Shown one piece after another: positions 24,596 through 33,586 of a stretch of DNA of 51,669 nucleotides (positions are counted from its first letter, which is position 1; the number at the start of each line of letters is the position of its first letter). The position numbers and the translations under genes are program-made. The DNA is from Bdellovibrionota bacterium. GTDB lineage: Bacteria; Bdellovibrionota_C; UBA2361. The notes beneath the pieces are model-generated. The model was not told the DNA's origin. It was given only the letters and a program-made list of their open reading frames with translations, and made no database searches. The stretch lies in assembly GCA_041739515.1 (NCBI GenBank), contig JBGSNS010000192.1, positions 1-51,669 on the forward strand, given 5' to 3'.

Positions 24596-27196
24596 ATGAA
24601 ACATCTCTTCACCTCCCAACGAACCGACATACAGGAGCGCGGTGCCATCCTCGTTTTTTTTGCGATAGTTCTAGTAGTGCTTCTAGGCTTTGTAGCGCTT
24701 GTTGTTGATGCAGGAATTGGTGAGAGTGGACGAGGGGAGGAGAGAACTTCTGTTCAAAACGCCGCGCTCGCAGCGATGTCGAGCTATCTAGAGGTCCTAA
24801 AAACACCCACCCCAGTGAATAATCCAGGTATCCCATTTGCAACAGCACAGGCTGCTGCAAAAGCTCAGGGAGAGGCGTTATTGGCGGCAAGCAACAGAAT
24901 TAGTAAGAACTCCCGGTTCGATCCAGCAGCGCAAACAGAACTTTCTGTGGGGAATAATGATGGCGAAGGCGTGATTAAATTTGGACGAATGGTATGGGCA
25001 CTTCCGACCCCGGGAGGCACAGGAGATAGCGCGGCGGCGGCAGCTGATCGAGCTGCCTGTACCTTGAATGGTTCAGTAAAGACGCCATGCTTTAGGCCCG
25101 TCACTAATGGTACAGAGGCCGCTACAGCGATAGAGGTGACCACCCAGTCCCGGGATAATCCGATTAAAACGATCTTTGGCCGAGTCTTCGGAGCGGACCG
25201 CTACGACATCGGAGCTTCTGCGATTGCTACGTTGATTCCCCAGAATTACCTGTTTCTTTTGGATCTATCACCGTCAATCCTCGATCAAACCTATCGCCGA
25301 TTCGGTGAATTCGATGAGGTGTGCGATCCTGCTAAAATTGATCCCGCTCCTACGATTTGTACAACTTCGAATTGGTTTACGAATCCGGCATGCTTTAAAC
25401 CAGCGTCTGCTTACTATTTTACTTATGAGGTAGATATTGATCGAGCAGCAGCACTCGATTGCCATGCGGCAGGCCAAAATGGTGAATGTGCGTGCTTTTC
25501 ATCTCTAATTAATGGTGAAAATTGTCTAAAATTTGCACGATTCGCAGAGTTCGGAGCATCAACTATTGATTCCGATGCGTCGGAAGAGACCTCGGGCAGT
25601 TTAAGTTCCGTTGATTTCGAACGCCGCAGATCCAGGCGAATCTTCGGAGGATACGGGAGCTGGTGGGATACCGCGAATGGTCAATCATACGCCTTAAATA
25701 GATTTCCGCCCGCATGCCCTCCGTCCCCTGATAGATCTCAGTGTCCGAATGAGGCAGATGGCGCAGTTCAATGTCAAGGTTCTTGGACTCCTTCTCAATC
25801 TAGCCCACGCTCCTTCTACCGTTTGGTGTATCCAACTCTCGGTACAGATCTCATAACACGACAAGATCGCAACGAAGATGACCCGGCAGCGCTTGTTGAT
25901 TTTGGTCAAGCCGGAGACCCTGATAATTTTTTATCAAATCCTGAACCACTAAAATCAGTTCTCGATGCCACTAACGATGCGATGGAATTTATCAAAGATC
26001 GGGCTGTGTCCGCGGATAGATTTTTTCTTACGGGATTTGATGAAACGATCTTGTCAGCTCGAACGACCTGTAGAAATGAAAGTCTAGAAGATTGCGCTGC
26101 TGGTGAGACATTAGTTGAACCGATGTCGAATGCATTCGAAGGCTTTCTTAGATTAACGAACGTTAAAGAAGGGACAGCTAACAACTGGCGCAGCTATTCG
26201 ATCGGGAACAGCTATCATTTCTTGAATCGATCCTTCTTTTCCCGACAAGGATATAATACGGATATTCAACTGACGCTGTGGAAGGCGTATGAGGAGCTTG
26301 CAGCGAATCCTTCCGCTTCCGTTGCGAAGAATCTCGTGTTTTTGATCACTGACGGCATAGCAAACTGCAAATTTTCCGATATAGACCAGAAAGATGCCCT
26401 AGAAGGTAACCAGCCATTCAAATTCGACGGTGCAGATCTAGGAGAATACATTTCTAAGCGCCGATGTGACGGGAACCTAAATACCATCGGACAGACGGTC
26501 ATAGAGTCCATTCAACAGATGAGCACGAATTTAATCAATTCAAAGTACAATAAAACTCTCGTACAACTTCTGCAGGAAAAAAGCATAGCGGTCAGCGTTA
26601 TTTTAATCGGTAAGAACGTTCAGCCACACTACTTACTACGCCCCTCTACGACTCCTGGTGGGACTTCCGGGTGCTTAACAAATAGCGAAGCTGTCTATGG
26701 CGGCATACCTTTCGTCGACTGGAGCACATCAGCCACCGGAAGTTCGTATCTATGCGATGGTGACAAGGACTCCTGCACGAATGGGTTTAATACCGAAGTA
26801 TTGACTGCTGATGCTCAAGGAGCATTAATCAATCCAAACGGGGATATTACGCTTCCTATCTCTAATCTTCTGTACAGTGAACTCGTCGCTCCAACCCGCG
26901 GTGCGTGGGTTCCGATTATGCCTAGCTTGTCCGGTGCTGATGCTGATTTTACTGCGGAACTTAAAGCCAAATGTAATGACGCGTATCAAGACGAACCCTC
27001 ACTGACGGGTGAAGAAAAATCGCCTCGAATACGGAGCTTTACGTTGGACAGTGGGACTAGGGTCTCAGATGCTCAAGGACGGTTACTTTATGATCCAAGC
27101 GGAAGAGATCAGAAAACTCAGATTATCGATGCTATTAAGCAAGTGTTGGGCGGTGGATACGTGCTTGTAGAACCGGCTATGAGAGCGGCGAACTAA
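24596..27196 (+). CDS. TadG-like protein with von Willebrand A domain
   Basis: 866 aa. The N-terminus ERGAILVFFAIVLVVLLGFVALVVDAG fits the Tad_N pattern. A MIDAS-like LFLLDLSPS and a later LVFLITDGIANC indicate a vWA fold with a Cys-rich insertion. Confidence 0.75.
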   Translation: MKHLFTSQRTDIQERGAILVFFAIVLVVLLGFVALVVDAGIGESGRGEERTSVQNAALAAMSSYLEVLKTPTPVNNPGIPFATAQAAAKAQGEALLAASNRISKNSRFDPAAQTELSVGNNDGEGVIKFGRMVWALPTPGGTGDSAAAAADRAACTLNGSVKTPCFRPVTNGTEAATAIEVTTQSRDNPIKTIFGRVFGADRYDIGASAIATLIPQNYLFLLDLSPSILDQTYRRFGEFDEVCDPAKIDPAPTICTTSNWFTNPACFKPASAYYFTYEVDIDRAAALDCHAAGQNGECACFSSLINGENCLKFARFAEFGASTIDSDASEETSGSLSSVDFERRRSRRIFGGYGSWWDTANGQSYALNRFPPACPPSPDRSQCPNEADGAVQCQGSWTPSQSSPRSFYRLVYPTLGTDLITRQDRNEDDPAALVDFGQAGDPDNFLSNPEPLKSVLDATNDAMEFIKDRAVSADRFFLTGFDETILSARTTCRNESLEDCAAGETLVEPMSNAFEGFLRLTNVKEGTANNWRSYSIGNSYHFLNRSFFSRQGYNTDIQLTLWKAYEELAANPSASVAKNLVFLITDGIANCKFSDIDQKDALEGNQPFKFDGADLGEYISKRRCDGNLNTIGQTVIESIQQMSTNLINSKYNKTLVQLLQEKSIAVSVILIGKNVQPHYLLRPSTTPGGTSGCLTNSEAVYGGIPFVDWSTSATGSSYLCDGDKDSCTNGFNTEVLTADAQGALINPNGDITLPISNLLYSELVAPTRGAWVPIMPSLSGADADFTAELKAKCNDAYQDEPSLTGEEKSPRIRSFTLDSGTRVSDAQGRLLYDPSGRDQKTQIIDAIKQVLGGGYVLVEPAMRAAN

Positions 27197-27206
27197 AGAT
27201 CGGAAC

Positions 27207-27418
27207 CATGGAGCACGAGGCGATCTTGTACGCCGTAGCTTGCTAGGCGGATACCTTGCGGTCTAGGCAACCCGCAGCTACGGATTTATTCAAAGAAAGG
27301 CCCGACTTTCAACTTTTAACGCCCGTGGTTTAAAAACAGTAACAACAAAGCACCGCCATAGACTGCGAGGCATCCGCCTAGCAAGCTACGGCGGACAAGA
27401 TCGCCTCGCGGTCCCGGG
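27207..27418. repeat. REP-doublet element, copy D (expanded-loop subfamily)
   Basis: The right module at 27357-27418 has reverse complement CCCGGGACCGCGAGGC[GATCTTGTCCGCCGTAGCTTGCTAGGCGGAT]GCCTCGCAGTCTATG. The left module at 27207-27268 carries the same 33-nt loop insert but has a decayed outer terminus. The element fills the gap between the convergent tadG-like and ctaF genes and abuts the ctaF stop codon. Confidence 0.75.
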
Positions 27419-27781
27419 TTAGTGATGAGCAGCCGGAGCAGCTTCCGTTGATTTCGGTAGCGGATACTCCCAACTTCCATCCGGATTAACTCGATACGGA
27501 TTATCCAAGAATACTAATCCGATCAGCACGCCCATAAGAATCAACGGAAAAATGGCGTAAAGCCAGGTAACTTTATCCTCGTGGCTTAAATGCATAAAGA
27601 TTAGAGCAACCATCAACGCCTTAATCGATGCGATCACCATCGCCACGACGATATTCCACGTACCGAAGTCCACCCTGGAGACAGCCACGGTAATAACCGT
27701 GAGGGCGAGTAGAGCCCAGAACACTTTAAGATAAAGCGCTCCATGACTGTGATAAGTAGAACCGGTTTGTGAATGCGACAT
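27419..27781 (-). CDS. ctaF: Cytochrome c oxidase subunit IV (bacterial aa3/caa3 type)
   Basis: 120 aa with three hydrophobic helices. The pattern KVFWALLALTVITVAVS...KALMVALIFMHL is typical of subunit IV/CyoD-like proteins. It is the last gene of the oxidase operon. Confidence 0.85.
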   Translation of the reverse strand: MSHSQTGSTYHSHGALYLKVFWALLALTVITVAVSRVDFGTWNIVVAMVIASIKALMVALIFMHLSHEDKVTWLYAIFPLILMGVLIGLVFLDNPYRVNPDGSWEYPLPKSTEAAPAAHH

Positions 27782-27811
27782 ACGCTGCCTTGAAACAAAA
27801 AACTTTTGAGC

Positions 27812-28477
27812 TTATCCAACCAAATAAAGTAGCGGGAAAAGATAGATCCAGATTAAGTCGACCAAATGCCAATACAACGCACCAACTTCCACTGGGGTAT
27901 AGTACTTAGACGAGAAATGCCCAGCTCTTACTTTCAGCGCCGCCCATAACAACAACCCCATACCCAAAATAACGTGAAATGCGTGCAATGCGGTCATGCA
28001 GAAGTAGAGACCGAAAAACATCTTGTATTCGACCTGATGCGCTTCGCTGTTGAACGTATCCATCCCAGGAAACAGGCCGTGACTGTACTTTGCGTGATAC
28101 TCGAATGCTTTAATAATTAAAAATATGAATCCACAACCGATCGTGGCCATTAAGTATTTGTACGCCTTCTCGCTCTTGCCGAGTTTTACGGAATCCACGG
28201 CCATCACAGCTAAGTAGCTGCTAAATAAAAGTACGATCGTGTTCAAACCTCCGAGTTGCCAGTTAAGCGATTTACTTGCGTGATGAAACTCAGCGAAATA
28301 CATCCAGTGATAAAACAGATAGGCCGCGAATAATCCGCCGAAGAGCAAAATTTCAGTCGCCAAAAACAACCACATGCCTAACCGCGCCGCGTCGTATGCG
28401 GTGTGGCTATCCATATGATGAACGATCGGCGGATCGCCTAATTTCCAGTCGCTATGTGCTGAGTCCGAATGAGACAT
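27812..28477 (-). CDS. ctaE: Cytochrome c oxidase subunit III
   Basis: 221 aa, polytopic. Subunit III motifs FFAYF-like and HV.LG..LL..A are present. The position is conserved within the operon. Confidence 0.9.
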   Translation of the reverse strand: MSHSDSAHSDWKLGDPPIVHHMDSHTAYDAARLGMWLFLATEILLFGGLFAAYLFYHWMYFAEFHHASKSLNWQLGGLNTIVLLFSSYLAVMAVDSVKLGKSEKAYKYLMATIGCGFIFLIIKAFEYHAKYSHGLFPGMDTFNSEAHQVEYKMFFGLYFCMTALHAFHVILGMGLLLWAALKVRAGHFSSKYYTPVEVGALYWHLVDLIWIYLFPLLYLVG

Positions 28478-28508
28478 AATTAACCCTTAGAAGTTTAGTG
28501 CCAGATAA

Positions 28509-30161
28509 TTAATGTTTGCCACCCTCAACTGGAGTTCCATACCCGTAAGTCCACTCGGTAACGATCACCGGCTCTGTAAAATTGTCATGCGGCGGCGGCG
28601 ACGGAGTCTTCCACTCGAGGCTCAGACTCTCCCAAGGATTCTCGCTTGCTTTTCGCTTACTAAAGATCCAAGCGTACAGAAGATTAACCAGAGCGAACGT
28701 GTATCCAAATGCGTTTAGAAAAGCGCCGTACGTCGACACCGTATGCAACGACTCGAATTCCGGAAGATAGTCGAAGTATCTTCGCGGCATCCCCATCATC
28801 CCAAGCTTAAACTGCGGCAAGAATGTCAGGTTGAATCCGACAAAAACGAATACCCAAGCAATTTTTCCAACGGTGTCGTTGTACATCTTGCCGGTCATTT
28901 TCGGGAACCAGAAATAAAGTGCCGCCATCAGCCCGATCACTGCACCGCCCTGAATCGTGTAATGAAAATGCGCCACGACGAAGTACGTATCGTGGTAGTA
29001 CACATCCACCGCCAGAACCGCGAGGTAAATTCCTGTGGTACCAGCGATCATAAACAGGAACACGAATCCCATCGCGTAAAGCATCGGGGTCGTAAACCGA
29101 ATCGATCCCTTATACATCGTGCTAACCCAGTTAAACACTTTAACGGCCGTGGGAATCGCAACGCCGAAAGTAATTACTGAGAAGTAAATCGCTGAATAAT
29201 CAGAGATACCGGCAACAAACATGTGATGCGCCCAGACGAGAAAACCCACCGCAGCGATCGCAATGGATGCATACACTACAGCTTTGTATCCGAATATCGG
29301 CTTACGGCTAAATACCGGAATAATCTCCCCTACTACTCCGAAAGCGGGAAGCACCATGATGTAGACAACCGGGTGCGAATAGAACCAGAAGAAATGTTCG
29401 TAAAGAACTGGATCCCCTCCAAGTTTCGGATCGAAAACACCGACTCCAAACAGGCGCTCCATAATTAACAACAATAGAGTAATGCCCACGACCGGCGTAG
29501 CAAGAGTTTGAATCACAGCCGTAGCGTAAGTCGCCCACACAAACACCGGCAGTCGATCCCAGGTCATCCCTGGGGCACGCAGCTTATGGATCGTAACAAC
29601 GAAATTGAGCCCTGTGAGTATGGACGAAAAGCCCAAAACGAATGCAGCAAACGTCATCAGCACTACAGATCCACCGGATTCAATCGAATAAGGGGCGTAA
29701 AACGTCCAACCGGTGTCAGCCCACTGATCAAGCGGATTCATCAACGCGAAACATGCGATCAGAGCACCTGCTACGTAGATATAATAACTGATCAGATTAA
29801 GTTTCGGGAAAGCTACGTCCTTAGCTCCGATCATTAGCGGCAACAGAAAGTTACCCATGGTTGCTGGGATGCCTGGCACAACGAACAAAAAGATCATTAA
29901 CGCGCCATGCAGCGTAAACATCACGTTGTATTGCTGCGGTGTTAAAAATTGTCCGCCAGCGTGCATTAACTCCGTGCGCATTATCAACGCAGCTAATCCT
30001 CCAACGAAGAAGAAGATTAAAATCGAAAAAAGGTACATCAACGCGATTCGCTTGTGATCGACCGTCGTTAGCCATCCCCAGATGCTGGTATCCCAGTTCA
30101 GATAATTCTTCGGCTCGCCGGTGCTAGCCTCACCCTGTCCACTATTATGCTGTCCACTCAT
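28509..30161 (-). CDS. ctaD: Cytochrome c oxidase subunit I (heme-copper oxidase)
   Basis: 550 aa. Motifs include GGDPVLYEHFFWFYSHPVVYI, WAHHMF and HFHY, along with the other canonical His ligands. Confidence 0.95.
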   Translation of the reverse strand: MSGQHNSGQGEASTGEPKNYLNWDTSIWGWLTTVDHKRIALMYLFSILIFFFVGGLAALIMRTELMHAGGQFLTPQQYNVMFTLHGALMIFLFVVPGIPATMGNFLLPLMIGAKDVAFPKLNLISYYIYVAGALIACFALMNPLDQWADTGWTFYAPYSIESGGSVVLMTFAAFVLGFSSILTGLNFVVTIHKLRAPGMTWDRLPVFVWATYATAVIQTLATPVVGITLLLLIMERLFGVGVFDPKLGGDPVLYEHFFWFYSHPVVYIMVLPAFGVVGEIIPVFSRKPIFGYKAVVYASIAIAAVGFLVWAHHMFVAGISDYSAIYFSVITFGVAIPTAVKVFNWVSTMYKGSIRFTTPMLYAMGFVFLFMIAGTTGIYLAVLAVDVYYHDTYFVVAHFHYTIQGGAVIGLMAALYFWFPKMTGKMYNDTVGKIAWVFVFVGFNLTFLPQFKLGMMGMPRRYFDYLPEFESLHTVSTYGAFLNAFGYTFALVNLLYAWIFSKRKASENPWESLSLEWKTPSPPPHDNFTEPVIVTEWTYGYGTPVEGGKH

Positions 30162-30192
30162 ATATTTCTTCTATATTCTCTTCGTTGGAACT

Positions 30193-31485
30193 CTATTTAA
30201 CAGTCTTTAGAAACTCGATTAGATCCGGAATTTCTTTCTCAGTTAGAAGACCTGCTGGCATAGCCGGAGGATATCCCGCCACTACCTTAGCCATCGGAGC
30301 GAGTATCGATTCTTTCAAGTAAGCATCATCCGAAACGACTTCAGAACCATCCGCTAGCTTAACGGTGCGACCATAGCTGCCCTTTAGTGATGGGCCGACT
30401 AATGGCGAGCCATCTAGTGAATGGCACGTCTTACACAGCTTATTCTCGTAATAGTACTTACCCCTTTCAACAGGGGACATCTTCTCGAGATCCACAGCCA
30501 CGGCTACCGCAGCTACCGGTGCTGCGCTCGCATTGCTGCCATCGATGGTCTTAATAAACGCAATTAAATCTCCGATATCATCCTTCGAAAGTTGTCCTGT
30601 ATATGCCGGCATCTGATTCGGTGCGTAGCCCTCTACGATATGAAGATTCGGATTGTAGATAGACTCCTCTATGTAGTTCTCATCAGCCTTATAAGCTGTT
30701 CCGTCTGTGAATTTCCCTTGACGTCCGAAAAGCTTAAACCAGGATGGTCCAACGATTTTGGTATCGCTGAGAGCATGACACGCATTACATCCTTTTTGTT
30801 GATACAAAAGTTTTCCGCGCTCTTCCGGTGAAACCCGGCCCTTCATTTTCTGCTCGCTATCGTCGTTTGACCAACGCGCGTATTCATCCTGCGAAACGAC
30901 CTTCACTTTCGCCAACATCGCCGAATGGTCCTTCCCGCAATACTCGGTGCAAAACGCTTGATACGTTCCGGTCTTTACCGGAGTAAACGAGACATACGTA
31001 AACTTGCCTGGAAGCGCGTCACTTTTTACGCGCATCGACGGGATAAAGAAGCTATGCAAAACGTCGCGGGAACGAAGCACAACCTTGATAGGTTGTCCGA
31101 CCGGAACTACCATTTCGCCTGTGACTTCACGCTTGATTCCATCAGTGTACTGAAAATCCCATTTCCATTTCTGTCCCCAAGCGTTGATGGTAAGAGCATG
31201 CTCAGGCACCGCGCGCAGCTCTCGATAATAGGCCACGCTGTAGTAGCCGATAAAAATACAGATAATAGTAGGAACGATCGTCCAGATAAGTTCGAGAGCA
31301 TGACTACCCTCGATTTGCGGCGTGTCGTGTCGACGCCCGGGCTTCTCACGATACCGAATCGCGAAATAGATCATCGACCCGACGATCGCTACGGTAAAGA
31401 AAACGGAGAGATCTGTAATGACGTTGTGGATCCAATCAACTTTTGGAGCCATCTCCGATGCTTGCTCAGGCAGATAGCGGAACAT
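30193..31485 (-). CDS. ctaC: Cytochrome c oxidase subunit II fused to two c-type cytochrome domains (caa3-type, diheme)
   Basis: 430 aa. The CuA motif is CTEYCGKDHSAM. Two CXXCH sites are present (CNACH and CKTCH), each in a cytochrome c-like segment. Confidence 0.9.
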   Translation of the reverse strand: MFRYLPEQASEMAPKVDWIHNVITDLSVFFTVAIVGSMIYFAIRYREKPGRRHDTPQIEGSHALELIWTIVPTIICIFIGYYSVAYYRELRAVPEHALTINAWGQKWKWDFQYTDGIKREVTGEMVVPVGQPIKVVLRSRDVLHSFFIPSMRVKSDALPGKFTYVSFTPVKTGTYQAFCTEYCGKDHSAMLAKVKVVSQDEYARWSNDDSEQKMKGRVSPEERGKLLYQQKGCNACHALSDTKIVGPSWFKLFGRQGKFTDGTAYKADENYIEESIYNPNLHIVEGYAPNQMPAYTGQLSKDDIGDLIAFIKTIDGSNASAAPVAAVAVAVDLEKMSPVERGKYYYENKLCKTCHSLDGSPLVGPSLKGSYGRTVKLADGSEVVSDDAYLKESILAPMAKVVAGYPPAMPAGLLTEKEIPDLIEFLKTVK

Positions 31486-31505
31486 AGAAATAAACCCTTA
31501 AACCC

Positions 31506-32348
31506 TTAAATCGTACCTAAATCAGCTCTACGCACAGCTTCCTTAGTCTTTCTGGATCTCTCAGCTTGATAAAGTCTGTAAATCAGGAACCCTAGGAAAG
31601 AAAGTGTAAGAATTCCGCCGAGACGCATAATCCCGAACGCAGCCCACACATACTTTCCTGCTATGTGGTCGTAATTAAAGCAAAATAGAAAGACCTGGTC
31701 TATCGCTGAACCTATAGCCCCACGCGAAGCGTCGATTAATCCGTACCTCACATCATTGGGCCGAAAGGAGATGCCGGCAAAAAACTGGGATATTACGCCG
31801 TTTGGGGTCAGCAAAAAGATCGCTGCGGTGTGCGAAAACTCTTCGCCGTCTTTTTGATACTGAAACCCGAGTGACTTCATCAACGCGCTTGTATTTTCTT
31901 TGCTTCCGAGAAGAAAATGCCATCCAGCTCCAGGTGCGTTTTGACCCGTCAACTTCGCTCGAAAACCTTGCGCGTTCGCCGCGGCACGCTCAACGGTATC
32001 TTCAGGATTGAAGCTTACGGTAACTATGGAAAAATCAGTGCCGAGCTGAAGTGAAATCTGGCTTAATAGCTCGACTACGCCATTTAGAAGGAGCCCACAC
32101 AAACGCGGACAGCTGTAATAGGCCGGTACAATTATCATCGGTCGCCCCGGCACCATTAACGCGGCCAGCGTCACGGAGTGACCGTGTTCGTCGATGAATT
32201 CAGCGTTAAGATCTACTTGCTGTCCAAGCGACGGCACAACGCCCACCTCTTTCAATCCTTGCTCTGGGTCGGTGATCGCAGCGTTCGCTAATGGGCCACA
32301 GATCAAGCTCGCCAGGATTAGAAGGTAAAGGGCGACTCTAAAGAGCAT
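31506..32348 (-). CDS. SCO1/SenC-family copper chaperone (thioredoxin fold) with extra C-terminal TM helix
   Basis: The CxxxC motif is YYSCPRLCG, and a conserved His lies downstream. An N-terminal anchor is MLFRVALYLLILASL. The start was taken as ATG 32348, whereas the ORF track opens at TTG 32399. The gene sits upstream of ctaC. Confidence 0.8.
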   Translation of the reverse strand: MLFRVALYLLILASLICGPLANAAITDPEQGLKEVGVVPSLGQQVDLNAEFIDEHGHSVTLAALMVPGRPMIIVPAYYSCPRLCGLLLNGVVELLSQISLQLGTDFSIVTVSFNPEDTVERAAANAQGFRAKLTGQNAPGAGWHFLLGSKENTSALMKSLGFQYQKDGEEFSHTAAIFLLTPNGVISQFFAGISFRPNDVRYGLIDASRGAIGSAIDQVFLFCFNYDHIAGKYVWAAFGIMRLGGILTLSFLGFLIYRLYQAERSRKTKEAVRRADLGTI

Positions 32349-32536
32349 AGAGGCCGAGTATGAAGTAGATAGATCTAAAAGAAAACGTAATGAATTCAAA
32401 TGTATATTAAAAAGGAAAGTTTCTTTAACAAATGTTTGATTGATATGCCAAACTTTTCATTTGGGATAAATACTTTCTATTGACGACTAGAAAATATTCC
32501 CTTAGGTTATGGCGAATAGTTTCAGGAGTTAATCAT

Positions 32537-32980
32537 ATGCTCGATGTCTGGAAACAATTCGAAGAGAACAATTTAACCCACAGCGCAGCTCATCACATTC
32601 TAGCCATTCAAGAACTTCGAGATCAGCGCGGCTATGCGCGTGTTACGGATGTAGCCCGGCACCTCAACATAACGACCGGATCGGCATCGACCAATCTGAA
32701 AAGCTTAAAATCCAAGGGCTTGATTATCGAGGACGAGAATCGGTTCCTTCAGCTATCGCCTGAGGGTCAGGCGCTGGCCAAAGCCGTTGTTCAGCGCAAA
32801 CAGCTGTTCTTTACCTTTCTTACCGAAACCTTGGGTGTTTCTCACGACCAGGCCGAAATCGATGCCTGCAAAACTGAGCATTTGATTTCTGCAGAGACTG
32901 CTCGAAAACTGGAGAAATTCCTGAACAATAAAGACAATAACCATAAAGACAGCTCCGCTCACCCAAAGGTTGCCGCATGA
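32537..32980 (+). CDS. DtxR/MntR-family metal-dependent transcriptional regulator (no SH3 domain)
   Basis: Start at ATG 32537 behind AGGAG (32524-32528). The wHTH segment reads HILAIQELRDQRGYARVTDVARHLNITTGSASTNLKSLKSKGLI, followed by a dimerisation helix. The gene is divergent from the SCO/oxidase operon. Confidence 0.75.
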   Translation: MLDVWKQFEENNLTHSAAHHILAIQELRDQRGYARVTDVARHLNITTGSASTNLKSLKSKGLIIEDENRFLQLSPEGQALAKAVVQRKQLFFTFLTETLGVSHDQAEIDACKTEHLISAETARKLEKFLNNKDNNHKDSSAHPKVAA

Positions 32981-33405
32981 AAGATGACATTAAAAAGGCG
33001 CTAGTTCCGGCCATGAAGGCCCGCCAGGCGGTCCGCGTGGAAACAATTCGAGCTGTATTAACAGCGATTCAATACGAGGAGGTTGCAGCCGGAACGGAGA
33101 ATCTCCCTGCCGCAACCATAACTGAAATCCTTAAACGAGAAGTTAAAAAGCGCCGCGAAGAGCTTGAGTTCGTAGCGAAGTCACGACCTGAAGGTGTTGC
33201 AAAAATTAACGAAGAGCTCGCCACTATTGAAGAATTTCTTCCTAAGCAGATGAGCTCGTCTGAGCTAGAGGGGTTAATCACTCAGATCAAAACAACAAAC
33301 CCTGCTGCAAACATCGGTGTTGTGATGAAAATGCTTAAAGATCAGCACGCCGGGATGTATGATTCCAAAATGGCTAGCGAACTTGCAAAGAAAATTGCGG
33401 GGTAG
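32977..33405 (+). CDS. yqeY: GatB/YqeY domain protein
   Basis: 142 aa. MKDDIKKALVPAMKARQAVRVETIRAVLTAIQYEE fits the YqeY pattern. A 4-nt overlap joins it to the upstream regulator gene. Confidence 0.85.
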   Translation: MKDDIKKALVPAMKARQAVRVETIRAVLTAIQYEEVAAGTENLPAATITEILKREVKKRREELEFVAKSRPEGVAKINEELATIEEFLPKQMSSSELEGLITQIKTTNPAANIGVVMKMLKDQHAGMYDSKMASELAKKIAG

Positions 33406-33418
33406 CTGCGACGCTTCC

Positions 33419-33575
33419 CTGGGACCGCGAGGCGCCGCCTCGCTGTCTAGACAACCCCTTTGCCGTTCCAAATTTATCCAAGGCATATGCAGAGATTTTT
33501 TCTAAACGAAGCTGTTTTGATCATATAGTCTGCAAAGTCTGCCCTAGACTGCGGAGCAACGCTCCGCGCTCCCAG
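33419..33575. repeat. REP-doublet (REPIN/MITE-like) element, copy C
   Basis: The left module at 33419-33452 is CTGGGACCGCGAGGCGCCGCCTCGCTGTCTAGAC. The right module at 33544-33575 is CTAGACTGCGGAGCAACGCTCCGCGCTCCCAG. This copy lies between co-directional genes, and its right end runs into the AGGAGA Shine-Dalgarno sequence of the next gene. Confidence 0.8.
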
Positions 33576-33586
33576 GAGAACCCCAT

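Noticed and set aside
28512-30127. Numerous plus- and minus-strand ORFs inside ctaD
   Set aside because: These are shadow ORFs within the highly conserved subunit I gene.
2161-33575. Possibility that the recurring CTGGGACCGCG... repeats form a CRISPR array
   Set aside because: The copies are dispersed over 30 kb and occur as inverted pairs rather than direct repeats with regular spacers. No cas genes are present.
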